Assembly (NCBI GenBank): GCA_963781585.1
Contig: CAWAGQ010000004.1
Span: forward strand, 544,001-608,000
Source: an uncultured Gemmatimonadaceae bacterium
Lineage (GTDB): Bacteria > Gemmatimonadota > Gemmatimonadetes > Gemmatimonadales > Gemmatimonadaceae
DNA: 64,000 bases
Direction of reading: 5' to 3'
The position numbers and the translations under genes were made by a program. This document shows positions 20,070-29,586 of this stretch, piece by piece. Each line of letters opens with the position of its first letter. Within the stretch, counting starts at the first letter, position 1. Below the pieces are notes generated by a model that had not been told where the DNA came from, searched no databases, and was given only the letters and a program-made list of their open reading frames with translations.

Positions 20070-21239
20070 TCAGGCCAGCGGCGCGTCGTGAAAGATCTCC
20101 CTCGTGAGGTCGGTCGCGCGGCATACGCCGGTAAGCGCGAGTGTCACCGCCATCTCCTTGCGCATCAGCGCCAGCACGTTCTGCACACCGGCCTGGCCGC
20201 GCGCCGCCAGCGCCCAGACCCAGGCGCGGCCCAGCATCACGCCTCGCGCCCCGAGGGCCAGCGCCTTGACGATGTCCTGACCGCTGCGCACGCCGCCGTC
20301 CATCAGCACCTCCACCCGGTCTCCGACTGCCTCCACCACGCGCGGGAGCATGGACACCGCCGACGGAGCGGAATCGAGCTGCCGCCCCCCGTGGTTCGAG
20401 ACCACCACCGCCTGGGCGCCGGCATCGGCGGCGCCACGCGCGTCCTCCGGGTCGAGCAGCCCCTTGATGACGATGGGGCCGGGCCACTCGTGGCGCAGCC
20501 ACTCGATGTCGCGCCAGGTGACGCTCGGGTCGAACTGGGAATCGATCCACCCGCGGAAGTCGGTGACGTTCCGCGCGCTGGCCACCCGGTCGGCGATATT
20601 GCCGAAGACCAGCGGCCGCCCGCCTAACGCCACATTCCAGACCCAGCGCGGGTGGAGGGCGAAATTCAGCGTCTTGCGGAGTCGTGACCAGGCGCCCAGG
20701 CCGCCGCCCATCCCGTTCCGCGCGTCGCGATAGCGGGCACCCACCACTGGCAGGTCCACCGTGAAGACGAGCGTCTCGACCCCTGCTGCCCGTGCGCGCT
20801 GCAACAGGGCACGCACGAACCCGCGGTCGCGCATCATGTAGAGCTGAAACCAGAAGGGCCGCGTGCTGGCGGCACGCACTTCCTCGAGCGAACACAATCC
20901 CACCGTCGACAGACAGAATGGAACGCCTGCCGCCTCGGCGGCGCGAACCGCCTGCGCCTCGCCACGACGCGCCATCATTCCCGCCAGCCCCACCGGGCCA
21001 AGTACCACCGGGAGCGCAACGTCGTTTCCGAGCAGCCTGGTGCCGGTGTCGACGTTCGCGACGTCGCGCATCACACGTTGCCGCAGACGCAGCGCGCGAA
21101 AGTCATCGCGATTTGCCGTCAGGGTCATTTCGTCGTACGCGCCCCCATCGATGTAGTCGAAAAGCATGCGTGGAAGCCGTGACTCGGCGAGGGCCCGATA
21201 GTCGGCGACGGACGCTGGAACGAGACGCATCGTTCCCAT
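20070..21239 (-). CDS. lldD: FMN-dependent L-lactate dehydrogenase (alpha-hydroxy acid oxidase family)
   Basis: FDYIDGGA, WFQLY, FTVDLP, VSNHGGRQLD, DGGVRSGQD; start is uncertain among 21230, 21239 and 21248. Confidence 0.88.
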   Translation of the reverse strand: MGTMRLVPASVADYRALAESRLPRMLFDYIDGGAYDEMTLTANRDDFRALRLRQRVMRDVANVDTGTRLLGNDVALPVVLGPVGLAGMMARRGEAQAVRAAEAAGVPFCLSTVGLCSLEEVRAASTRPFWFQLYMMRDRGFVRALLQRARAAGVETLVFTVDLPVVGARYRDARNGMGGGLGAWSRLRKTLNFALHPRWVWNVALGGRPLVFGNIADRVASARNVTDFRGWIDSQFDPSVTWRDIEWLRHEWPGPIVIKGLLDPEDARGAADAGAQAVVVSNHGGRQLDSAPSAVSMLPRVVEAVGDRVEVLMDGGVRSGQDIVKALALGARGVMLGRAWVWALAARGQAGVQNVLALMRKEMAVTLALTGVCRATDLTREIFHDAPLA

Positions 21240-21544
21240 GGAGGTCATGCCTTGTGGTGGCGTTGTTTGCGAGGGGTTCCGGCTGGCGGCCCCGCACGGA
21301 CATCCACGCCTTCCGGCCGTGTTCCCGGCGCTGCGTGACGGAGAGAACCAGGCCGGGAGTATGCGCGGAGGCTCCGGCCGAGTCCACGGTGTCCCCTGCC
21401 CGCAAACCCGAGCGCTCATGTGCCGCCTCGCCTTCGGCCACGATCTGTTCCCCCACGTGACCGTTCTCGGATCACCTCGCTAGATTTCGCCGCGCCGCGG
21501 CGGCTTCACGGGACCAACTGCGACCGCGATACGGCGGAGGATTG

Positions 21545-22201
21545 GTGGCGGAATCCGTAGTTCCGGAGTACCGCGGTGCCCGCCGGCGGCTCGTCGAGAC
21601 CCTGCAGGCGAATGGAATCGACGATCTGGCGGTCCTTCGCGCGTTCGAACTCACGCCCAGGCACCTTTTCGTTCCGAGTGGGGTCCGTCACCGGGCGTAC
21701 GAGGACAGCGCCCTTCCCATCGGGAACGGCCAGACGATCTCGCAACCCTCGGTGCACGCGCGCTACCTGCAGCTGCTGCATCTCGAAGGCGGCGAGCGCG
21801 TTCTCGAAATCGGAACCGGGTCCGGGTACCAGACCGTGCTCCTGGGTCACCTGGTGAGCCAGGTCTTCTCGATCGAACGCGTCCCGGAGCTGCTCACGCG
21901 CGCGAAGGAGGTTATTGCGGCGTGCGGAGTGGGAAACGTGTCACTCATGCTCGGTGACGGAACGCTCGGCTGGCGAGAGTATGCGCCATACGCGGCGATT
22001 CTCGTGAGCGCCGGCGCGCCGGAGCCGCCACGTCCGTTATTGGAACAGCTCGGGGAAGGGGGGCGCCTCCTGGCCCCGGTGGGAGACCGTGTGGAGCAGA
22101 TGCTCGTCATGTTGACCAAACGCGGCGAAGAATTCGAGCGGCGTGACATCGCGCCCGTCCGATTCGTCCCGCTCGTGGGGACGCACGGCTGGTCCGACTG
22201 A
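21545..22201 (+). CDS. pcm: protein-L-isoaspartate O-methyltransferase
   Basis: AYEDSALPIGNGQTISQP, VLEIGTGSGYQ, GDGTLGW, VRFVPL; GGAGG RBS at 21536-40. Confidence 0.96.
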   Translation: MAESVVPEYRGARRRLVETLQANGIDDLAVLRAFELTPRHLFVPSGVRHRAYEDSALPIGNGQTISQPSVHARYLQLLHLEGGERVLEIGTGSGYQTVLLGHLVSQVFSIERVPELLTRAKEVIAACGVGNVSLMLGDGTLGWREYAPYAAILVSAGAPEPPRPLLEQLGEGGRLLAPVGDRVEQMLVMLTKRGEEFERRDIAPVRFVPLVGTHGWSD

Positions 22202-22249
22202 CTCAGTCATGGCGGCTCCCCGCAGCCTGACGCGACCTTCGGAGCCCCC

Positions 22250-23422
22250 ATGGCCAGTGACCTGTTCGATCCCCCTCCTCCCTCCCGTCCACGGCTCGGC
22301 GCGCGGCCATTTGCGGGCCGGCCTGCGGCTGGTCCCCCGGCGGGAAACCAGGCCCCGCCGAATACCCGCGCGGTGCGCCCGTTTGCGGCTCGACGCTCTT
22401 CCGTAGAGACCGCAAATTCCGTTCGTGGGGTCACCCAGGATCCTGACGCCGAGCTGACTGCTGCGGAGGACACACCCGCCATCGCGGCGACTCCCGGGGC
22501 GCCGATGCACACGGTCGCGGAGGAAGCGCGGGATTCACTCAACGCAGGCGCTACCATTGACGACACGCCCGACCCGACGGAGCGCCTCGCGGCGAGCGAG
22601 CACGCGATTGCTGACTCGACAGGCACGGAAACCGGAGGATTCGTCTCCAATCTCACCTCGGCGGCACCACCGGTGCCGGAAGCGGCGGCTTGGGAGGGGA
22701 TCGCAGAGTCTGCGCTGGCGCCCGCCGAGCCGCCTGGCGGGTTGGCTGCGTGGCAGGACGCACCGTCGCCCGAGGACACCGTCGCGGGTGCGGCCGATCG
22801 CACGGAGTACGGCGCCGGGGCTTTTGACCAGGGCCTCGTCCCAGACGAGGCGGAGACCGTCAACCCGGAGGGGGCGGAGAGCGTGGCGCCGGACCAGGCG
22901 GAGAGCCTGGCCGCGGACTCGACCGAATGCGACCCTCAGGAGCCACTTACGGCGCGTCTGCTGACCGCAGGCGATGAGATGGACCGCATTCGCGAAAGCC
23001 TCGATCAAGAGCTGTCCCGCTTCGCCCTGCGGCCCTGGGAGCGTCCGCACGCGCCGGTTCCGTTTCCCGCCCTCGAGGAGGCGCTGCCTAACGACGGTGA
23101 CGCGCTGACGCAGTCCGGGGCGGAGAATTCGATGCCAGGTGCCGACCAGATCGACAGACCACCGGCCGTGCTCCAGACCTGGCACGATGCTGGGTACGCG
23201 ACCCCCGCGTTGGAGCGGTCGCCCGGATTTGGCGCGGCCGCCCGCGAAGCCCTGGAGGGCGCCGCGGCCTTCGCCGCCGGAGCCGAGATCGCCGTCGTAC
23301 TGGAAGACGTGGCGCGCCGGCTGAGGGCGGGCGAGATTGTGGTTGCGCACGGTGCCCGAACCCGTGACGAGGCGGCGACGCTCGCTGCCGTCCTTGCCGC
23401 CATGCTTGGAGACCGCACCTAA
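22250..23422 (+). CDS. hypothetical acidic, Pro/Ala-rich, largely disordered protein with a helical C-terminus
   Basis: 390-aa ORF filling the pcm-acyP gap; rich in D, E, P and A; amphipathic C-terminal helices. Confidence 0.65.
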   Translation: MASDLFDPPPPSRPRLGARPFAGRPAAGPPAGNQAPPNTRAVRPFAARRSSVETANSVRGVTQDPDAELTAAEDTPAIAATPGAPMHTVAEEARDSLNAGATIDDTPDPTERLAASEHAIADSTGTETGGFVSNLTSAAPPVPEAAAWEGIAESALAPAEPPGGLAAWQDAPSPEDTVAGAADRTEYGAGAFDQGLVPDEAETVNPEGAESVAPDQAESLAADSTECDPQEPLTARLLTAGDEMDRIRESLDQELSRFALRPWERPHAPVPFPALEEALPNDGDALTQSGAENSMPGADQIDRPPAVLQTWHDAGYATPALERSPGFGAAAREALEGAAAFAAGAEIAVVLEDVARRLRAGEIVVAHGARTRDEAATLAAVLAAMLGDRT

Positions 23423-23434
23423 CTTCGCTCGCGA

Positions 23435-23710
23435 GTGTCCGTCGTCCACATCGAAGTCATCGGAAGAGTGCAGGGGATCGGCTTTCGCTGGTTCGTGCGC
23501 GAAAGGGCCCTGGCGCTGCTGCTGTCGGGATGGGTGCGGAATCTGGAAACCGGCACGGTGGAGATCGCGGCGTCGGGACCTGACGACCTTGTGCGGGAGT
23601 TCCTGGCCGCCGTGCGCGAAGGACCGCCCGGCGCGCACGTCCGACAGGTGGTGCCACTGGCGCCGGTGCCAGACCACGACTTTCCCGATCCGTTCGCGAT
23701 CGTCCGATGA
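23435..23710 (+). CDS. acyP: acylphosphatase
   Basis: GRVQGIGFR, GWVRN, GPPGAHV; 91 aa. Confidence 0.93.
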   Translation: MSVVHIEVIGRVQGIGFRWFVRERALALLLSGWVRNLETGTVEIAASGPDDLVREFLAAVREGPPGAHVRQVVPLAPVPDHDFPDPFAIVR

Positions 23711-24255
23711 TGCCACCGTCGCACCCGGACGGCCCTCTGGAGTCGCGGCTGCGGCAGGGAATCCGCGACGTGCCGGACTATCCTCGTCCTGGAATCGTCT
23801 TCAAGGACATCACCCCTCTCCTGGGCAACGCGGCGCTCTTCGCCGAGGCCTGCGAGGCCATGACGGAGCCGTTTCGCCTCGACGGTATCACGCAGGTGGC
23901 GGCGATCGAGAGCCGGGGGTTTCTCTTCGGCGCCCCCGTGGCCCGAGCCCTTGGCGCCGGCATCATACCGGTGCGCAAGACCGGCAAGCTGCCGTTCCAG
24001 GCGGCGCGGGAGGAATACGCCCTCGAGTACGGCACCGATGCGCTGGAAATGCACATCGACGCGCTGACTGCCGGCTCGCGCGTGCTCGTCGTGGACGATG
24101 TCCTCGCCACCGGGGGTACGGCCGCCGCTACCTGCAGACTGGTGGAGCGCCTCGGAGGCAGTGTGGTCGGGCTCTCCTTCCTGATTCGGCTGGCGTTCCT
24201 GGACGGGCTCGCGAGACTGGACTCCCACAGAGCCACGAGTCTGGTGGTCTACTAG
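23707..24255 (+). CDS. apt: adenine phosphoribosyltransferase
   Basis: PDYPRPGIVFKDITPLL, IESRGF, RKTGKLP, YALEYG, VDDVLATGGT. Confidence 0.96.
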   Translation: MMPPSHPDGPLESRLRQGIRDVPDYPRPGIVFKDITPLLGNAALFAEACEAMTEPFRLDGITQVAAIESRGFLFGAPVARALGAGIIPVRKTGKLPFQAAREEYALEYGTDALEMHIDALTAGSRVLVVDDVLATGGTAAATCRLVERLGGSVVGLSFLIRLAFLDGLARLDSHRATSLVVY

Positions 24256-24402
24256 CTAGCGCCTCAGGCCAGAGGGCACCAGCCAGAGGGATGGAGGAAG
24301 GCCTGGCTCGAATGTCGCGCTCTGCTCGGCTGAGATAAATTCCGCCTTGGTCGTCGTGCCCCGCGTCCGCCAGGTCGGGTGGCGAGGCGTCCGGAGATTA
24401 CC

Positions 24403-24476
24403 GCCCCTGTAGCTCAGATGGATAGAGCAGCGGTTTCCTAAACCGTTGGTCGCCTGTTCGAGTCAGGCCAGGGGCA
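24403..24476 (+). tRNA. tRNA-Arg (anticodon CCT), CCA not encoded
   Basis: GCCCCTG/CAGGGGC acceptor stem; TAGCTCAGATGGATAGAGC D-arm; GCGGT-TTCCTAA-ACCGT anticodon arm; GCCTG-TTCGAGT-CAGGC T-arm. Confidence 0.96.
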
Positions 24477-24582
24477 TTGCTTCGACCGGCCGGAGGTGAG
24501 GGTCGCCCAGCCAGACTGAGGGGACTTATCTTTCACCGGTCAGGCACATCCACACGCTCAACGATCCCTTCAGAAGCGTATC

Positions 24583-25242
24583 ATGACGAAAACTGGCGCG
24601 TCGGCAACCCCAACCCCTGATGACCACGCCGAGTCGTTCTTCGACTGGGTCCGCGCCCATTCACGCGTCGTCTCGGTCGCCGCAATCGTCGTGGTGGCGG
24701 CCGGGCTGCTGGGCTGGGTGATGCGCACGGCGTCGGAAAAAAAAGAAGTGAACGCCAGCCGTACCCTTACCGAAGCGGAACGCGCTTTCGGCTCCGGCAA
24801 CCTCCCGTTGGCACAGTCCGATCTGGAGCGGATGCTGACGCGGTATGACGGCACCACAGCCGCCATCCAGGCGAGGCTGCTCCTGGCGCAGGTGTATTTC
24901 GGCCAGCAGAAGCCGTCTGAAGGACTCAAGGTTCTTGACGCCATCCACGATCCTGGGCCGCTGGAGACGTCGTACCACGCCGTAAGGGCTGGTGGCCTCG
25001 AGCAGGCGCAAAAGCCGGCTGACGCGGCCTCAGAGTACGAGAAAGCGGCACAGAGCGCGCTCTCGGACGACCAGAAGGCGGGCTACCTGGCCGACGCAGC
25101 TCGAACCTATGAGGCCGCGGGGAAGACCGACGAAGCACGCCGCCTGTGGAAGCAAATGGCGGACGATGAGGATAGTCCTCTGTCGGGCCAAGCCAGGGTG
25201 CGGCTGGGAGAACTGGAAGCCAAGGCGGTTTCTGGCGGCTGA
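24583..25242 (+). CDS. membrane-anchored TPR protein (YfgM-like)
   Basis: Single N-terminal transmembrane helix followed by TPR-like helices (ARLLLAQVY, YLADAARTY). Confidence 0.72.
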   Translation: MTKTGASATPTPDDHAESFFDWVRAHSRVVSVAAIVVVAAGLLGWVMRTASEKKEVNASRTLTEAERAFGSGNLPLAQSDLERMLTRYDGTTAAIQARLLLAQVYFGQQKPSEGLKVLDAIHDPGPLETSYHAVRAGGLEQAQKPADAASEYEKAAQSALSDDQKAGYLADAARTYEAAGKTDEARRLWKQMADDEDSPLSGQARVRLGELEAKAVSGG

Positions 25243-25437
25243 CGGGTGGGCCTGAGAGCAAGTGTCGCCGTGCTGATCGGACGATGTTTGGCCGAGCCGA
25301 AGTGCTCGGCCTTTCTCGTGACTTGGGACGCTACTTCGGATAATATATGTTATGTCAACTACACACGTGGAAAACCATGGCCAGCGCACTGCTGCCTGCT
25401 CATTGCGCACGGCATAAGGTGTTTACTGGCAATTTGT

Positions 25438-25446
25438 TGGTAAGAT
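25438..25446 (+). promoter_or_regulatory. putative extended -10 promoter upstream of the candidate ncRNA
   Basis: TG-G-TAAGAT at the end of an AT-rich patch (about 25330-25455). Confidence 0.4.
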
Positions 25447-25454
25447 GTTGATTG

Positions 25455-25635
25455 TCTGACCGACCTGGCGGCACCGGCCCATCGTCACGGGCGCCTTCCT
25501 AGCGTGCCGTTGCTCTTAGCCGGTATCCGGGACGCCGGGCCACCCAAGGAGCCGTTCCGGGACCGACAGTGGGTGCAAGCAACGGGTGAGGTACCTCAGA
25601 TGCCACTCAGGGGGCCTCAAAAGCCGCTCTGAATC
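25455..25635 (+). ncRNA. candidate ~180-nt structured ncRNA (6S-RNA-like architecture)
   Basis: Nested helices GCGGC/GCCGC, GGCCC/GGGCC, CCGTTGCT/AGCAACGG, CACCCA/TGGGTG with a large central internal loop; no convincing ORF; upstream promoter-like motif. Confidence 0.4.
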
Positions 25636-26467
25636 AGTTTGATGTGGTGGTGAGGGACATCAGCCTTCCCTCGTAGACGAGGCGTCCTTCGCCCGCCAGA
25701 GAAGGACGTCCCATCGCCCCTGTCGGAGGGATGCGCACCTTGAGCGGCAGGCCGGATCTCGTGACCATCGTCACGGCCGAGTCCGCAAGGCCCCATGCGC
25801 AAAGGAGCGCGGCGCATGCGACGGCACCAGTTCCGCAGGCGAGGGTCTCGTCCTCCACGCCACGCTCGTACGTTCTCATCTGCCAATCCCCGCCCTGCCG
25901 CGAGAGGAAGTTCGCGTTCGCTCCAGCCTCTAGCTGAGGGAGGTTTCGCAGCTGACTCCCTCGCCCGAGGATGTCAACGTGGTCGACGTCGTCGCAGACC
26001 ACCACCAGGTGCGGCACACCTACCTGGGCAAAGCCGATGCGCCTCTCCGCCGGCTGGAGCGAGGTCTCGAAGCTGGTGATCGCGTGGAGAACAGGGGCCG
26101 CGTCGATTTCCGGACCGGTCGGGGTCATTCTGCCCGTGAGCGAACCAGACGATGATCCGAACTCGAAGTCTCCGGCGTCCTCGACGATTCCCAGTCTCTG
26201 CGCGAGCGAGACGGCACAGAGGGAGGCGTTGCCGCAGAGTTCCGCCAACGAGCCGTCACGATTGAAGTAGCGGATCGCGAATGGCAGGACGGTGTCGCGC
26301 TCGACGAACACGATCCCGTCAGCACCGACCCCCCTTCGCCGATCGCAGACCGCGTCGATAATGGGTGGTGTCTCGAGTGTCCCGGGGTTCACGGTGCGCG
26401 CATCGAAGAAGACGAAGTCGTTGCCGGACCCCGTCATCTTCCAGAACATGCGCCCAAGCCAGTCCAC
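25634..26467 (-). CDS. dapF: diaminopimelate epimerase
   Basis: KMTGSGNDF, RRRGVGADG, NRDGSLAELCGN, GVPH, TYERGVEDETLACGTG. Confidence 0.94.
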   Translation of the reverse strand: MDWLGRMFWKMTGSGNDFVFFDARTVNPGTLETPPIIDAVCDRRRGVGADGIVFVERDTVLPFAIRYFNRDGSLAELCGNASLCAVSLAQRLGIVEDAGDFEFGSSSGSLTGRMTPTGPEIDAAPVLHAITSFETSLQPAERRIGFAQVGVPHLVVVCDDVDHVDILGRGSQLRNLPQLEAGANANFLSRQGGDWQMRTYERGVEDETLACGTGAVACAALLCAWGLADSAVTMVTRSGLPLKVRIPPTGAMGRPSLAGEGRLVYEGRLMSLTTTSN

Positions 26468-26471
26468 TGGT

Positions 26472-27194
26472 TCAAACCCGACCGGAGATCGACCACCATC
26501 GCAGCCGCCACACCATCCAGATGGCTTCCCGCACGATCTTCTTTGACATCTTGCTCTGCCCTTCCGTGCGGTCCACGAAGACGATGGGGATTTCCGCGAT
26601 TCGAAATCCCTTCTTCCACGCCCTGAAGCTCATCTCGATCTGAAACGCATATCCGTTTGATTTCACGTCACTTAGATCAATCGACTGAAGCACTTTCCTC
26701 CGCCAGCACTTGTAGCCCCCAGTGGCGTCGAAGACCTGGAGTCCCGTGACGATTCTGGCGTAGACATTGGCGAAATAGCTGAGCAGCAGACGCCCGATAG
26801 GCCAGTTTACGATGGTGACCCTTCCGTCGCGGTAGCGCGAGCCCAGGACCAGGTCGGCGTCGCGCGCCGTCTCGAGAAACTGCGGGATGTGCGCTGGATC
26901 GTGCGAGAAGTCAGCGTCCATTTCGAAGACGTATTCATAGTCCCCTTCGAGTGCCCACTTGAAGCCCGCCACGTAGGCCGTGCCGAGCCCCAGCTTCCGC
27001 TCTCGGTGGATGACGTGAACTCTCGAGTCGTGCGCGACCCGCTCGTCGACAATCTGACCGGTACTGTCGGGCGAGCCGTCGTCCACCACCAGCACCTCCA
27101 GGCGCGGGTCTTCGCCGAGAACGGCATCGATCAGCCTGACGATGTTCTCGCGCTCGTTGAAGGTCGGAACAATCACGAGAGCCCGCTCAGCCAC
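26472..27194 (-). CDS. polyprenol-monophosphomannose synthase-like GT2 (Ppm1/DPM1-like)
   Basis: IVPTFNERENI, VDDGSPD, KLGLGTAY, EMDADFSHDP, GSRY, GYAFQIE, FVDRTEGQSKMS. Confidence 0.88.
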   Translation of the reverse strand: MAERALVIVPTFNERENIVRLIDAVLGEDPRLEVLVVDDGSPDSTGQIVDERVAHDSRVHVIHRERKLGLGTAYVAGFKWALEGDYEYVFEMDADFSHDPAHIPQFLETARDADLVLGSRYRDGRVTIVNWPIGRLLLSYFANVYARIVTGLQVFDATGGYKCWRRKVLQSIDLSDVKSNGYAFQIEMSFRAWKKGFRIAEIPIVFVDRTEGQSKMSKKIVREAIWMVWRLRWWSISGRV

Positions 27195-29586
27195 TGGTGC
27201 GCCGTCCCAGGAAGGCACCTCCGACCCACGCTGCCACGGCGATCACGAGCGCCAGCAGGGTGATGAGCCTGCCTGTCTCGTACGTCCTGCTGCTGAAGCG
27301 CAGCGAGATGGCGCGGGTGCCTTGCGGCAGCTCGACGCCGATGAGGGACATGTCGGCTCGGCCGATCGGCAACTCTTTTCCCTCCGACGTGGCCCGCCAC
27401 CCAGGGTAATAGTTCTCGCTTACCATCAGGGCGGAACCGCTGGGGGCCGGGGCGTCCAGTTCCACGTCAATCGCGCCGGGATCGTACCGTGTGACCCGGG
27501 CGTGCAGACCAAGGGCTTCCGGCAGGGCCTGAATTGTCCGGGCGTTTACCTTCGCCGATGTGTCGAAGAGCGCCGCACGATAGACGTCGAACCGCGGATC
27601 GAGCACGGTACTGAGCACGGCATCGTCAGCCGCCTTGACGATCACCGGGGCGACCCAGGCGGCAGGGTGGTCCTCGGTGAAACGATAGACGTACACTGGA
27701 GTGCCTGCGGCGTCCTTCACCGGCCCGAGGACGCGCTCGACTCCTTGCAGTCCGAGGCTGCCCAGGTTCGCGTTCTCGGTGAGAATGAAGCGGATATTCT
27801 CGAGCGCCCAGAAGTTGGGATTCACGATCGACGCCCACCGTTCGTCCTTCCGCGCCAGTTGCTGGTATCGGCCCAGCTCGTTCCCATGGTATCCGAGCGG
27901 GGATCGAATACGGAACGTCATGAGTCCGTCGTACCAGAGAAACGGATCCTGGGGCGCGACGGCTTGCGGATCGGTTGGCAGGGGCAACACGCGAGCCGGT
28001 TCGGGCTGACTCCTGAGATAGTCGATCGCCGGATCCGAGGCAAAGAGCACCGACGCGGGGGGAGAGAAGATCCAGTAGAGGCGCTCCACAGACCAGAGAT
28101 CGGTGGCTACCACCGCAGCGATCAGGGCGCCGCAAGTGGCTCGCGACAGGCGTTGCGTCGCCGACATGAACAGCAGCACGAGCAGAAACGCGACGAACAG
28201 CGCCGAGCGCAGCGCTCCGAACCGGATGGCGGCGTCATTGCTCAGCGCGGTTTCAGTGCGTCCGGTCTTGGCGAGCGACACCGCCAGATTCGTCAAGCCG
28301 CCGCTGAACCCGAGCACGACCAGTACAATCGCGGCTATTCCCCATCCAATCATGAATCGCCGCGTCACGCCGCCGCGCAGTGCGCGTTCCGCGCCGAGCG
28401 CCGCGAGCGTGGCGGTGCAGAACGAGACCACGAACAGCATTGTGCTGGGTGCGCGAAAGAACTTTGTGCCCGGCACCAGGGTGTACACGAGACGGTAGAA
28501 CGGCGTGAATCCGCCCAGCGCCCACAGGAGAGAGACGACCAGAGCGCCGGTCCAGAAGACGAGCATTCGCCGCTGACCGGCCGACCATGAGCGTGTGAAT
28601 GCAAGGGCCACGAGGATGAGCACCGCGGCCCCCAGGTACTCGCTGTGAAGGTGGATGCCGTTCTGCCCCCAATACATGTCGAGAATTCCCGAAAACTGCG
28701 GAACCGCGAAGTTGACCATCTCCTCGGGCGGCAACGAGTACGATACGGCGTCCTCCCAGCCCTTCCCTGCCGCCCGCGGCGACCACGGGACGTACTCGCG
28801 CACGGGGAGGAACTGGATGGCCCCGATCGCGAGGCCAACGGCGACCGCGAGCCCCGTCAGCGCAAGACGCCGAATTGCCACCGACCGCGGCAAGCGGCCG
28901 CTACCCTGATCGGAGAACGCCAGAAAGACGCCGAACGCGCCGCAAGTGAGCAGGAGGTACTGAAGCAACTGCGGATGGGGCGAGAGAATCGCGAGGCCGA
29001 TGACGATGGCCAGCGCCCCGTAGGCCCACTGCTTTCCGTCACGGATGCACCGCGCCACCAGCAGGAGTGCCAACGGCAGCAGCGCCGAGACGAAGAGCTT
29101 CCCGTCGTGGCCGGGGGAGACCTGCGCGGCGAGGTTGCCGCCCAGCATGTACGCAAGGCCGCCTGCGAGCGACGCGAAGAACCCGAGCCCGACGGCCCGG
29201 AGAAACAGGTAGGTGAACAGGCCTGCGAGAAAGACGTGGAGGATCATCCCCCACGTCATGGCAACGTCTGTTGGAAGAACGAGCCTGAGCAGAAAGGTTG
29301 GGTAGAAGATGTCTCCGTGCATCGCGGCGACGTACGGCATGCCGCCGAGCAGGTACGGGTTCCAGAGCGGGAAATGCCCCGTCTGGTGCAGTGTCGTCGC
29401 CGCGAACTCGCGGAACGCGTAGCCGGCGATGTACTGGTCGCTCCGCGGATTCACGAGGAACTTGCCCGCCAGGGCGGGGGCACCAAGTGCGAGCGTGGCC
29501 GCCGCGTACACGAGCGTCGCCCACAGCGTGGCGAAGCGCGGTCCTTGCCCGGTTGCCGTCAGTTCCTCGTCACCGTTTCGAGGCAT
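27187..29586 (-). CDS. YfhO-family polytopic membrane protein (GT-C-like)
   Basis: PLWNPYLLGGMP, FYP, many transmembrane helices, FRAP, C-terminal SENYYPGWRA..G..LPI.RA; start set at ATG 29586. Confidence 0.82.
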   Translation of the reverse strand: MPRNGDEELTATGQGPRFATLWATLVYAAATLALGAPALAGKFLVNPRSDQYIAGYAFREFAATTLHQTGHFPLWNPYLLGGMPYVAAMHGDIFYPTFLLRLVLPTDVAMTWGMILHVFLAGLFTYLFLRAVGLGFFASLAGGLAYMLGGNLAAQVSPGHDGKLFVSALLPLALLLVARCIRDGKQWAYGALAIVIGLAILSPHPQLLQYLLLTCGAFGVFLAFSDQGSGRLPRSVAIRRLALTGLAVAVGLAIGAIQFLPVREYVPWSPRAAGKGWEDAVSYSLPPEEMVNFAVPQFSGILDMYWGQNGIHLHSEYLGAAVLILVALAFTRSWSAGQRRMLVFWTGALVVSLLWALGGFTPFYRLVYTLVPGTKFFRAPSTMLFVVSFCTATLAALGAERALRGGVTRRFMIGWGIAAIVLVVLGFSGGLTNLAVSLAKTGRTETALSNDAAIRFGALRSALFVAFLLVLLFMSATQRLSRATCGALIAAVVATDLWSVERLYWIFSPPASVLFASDPAIDYLRSQPEPARVLPLPTDPQAVAPQDPFLWYDGLMTFRIRSPLGYHGNELGRYQQLARKDERWASIVNPNFWALENIRFILTENANLGSLGLQGVERVLGPVKDAAGTPVYVYRFTEDHPAAWVAPVIVKAADDAVLSTVLDPRFDVYRAALFDTSAKVNARTIQALPEALGLHARVTRYDPGAIDVELDAPAPSGSALMVSENYYPGWRATSEGKELPIGRADMSLIGVELPQGTRAISLRFSSRTYETGRLITLLALVIAVAAWVGGAFLGRRTSG

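Noticed and set aside
24267..24291. Two CCAGAGGG copies similar to the heptamer array
   Set aside because: Only two short copies, compatible with chance.
24403..24476. tRNA-Arg as an integration site
   Set aside because: I found no duplicate of its 3' end in the window, no adjacent integrase, and the flanks are core-type genes.
25427..25442. TGGCAATTTGTTGGT as a sigma54 promoter
   Set aside because: Lacks the invariant GC at -12 at the required spacing.
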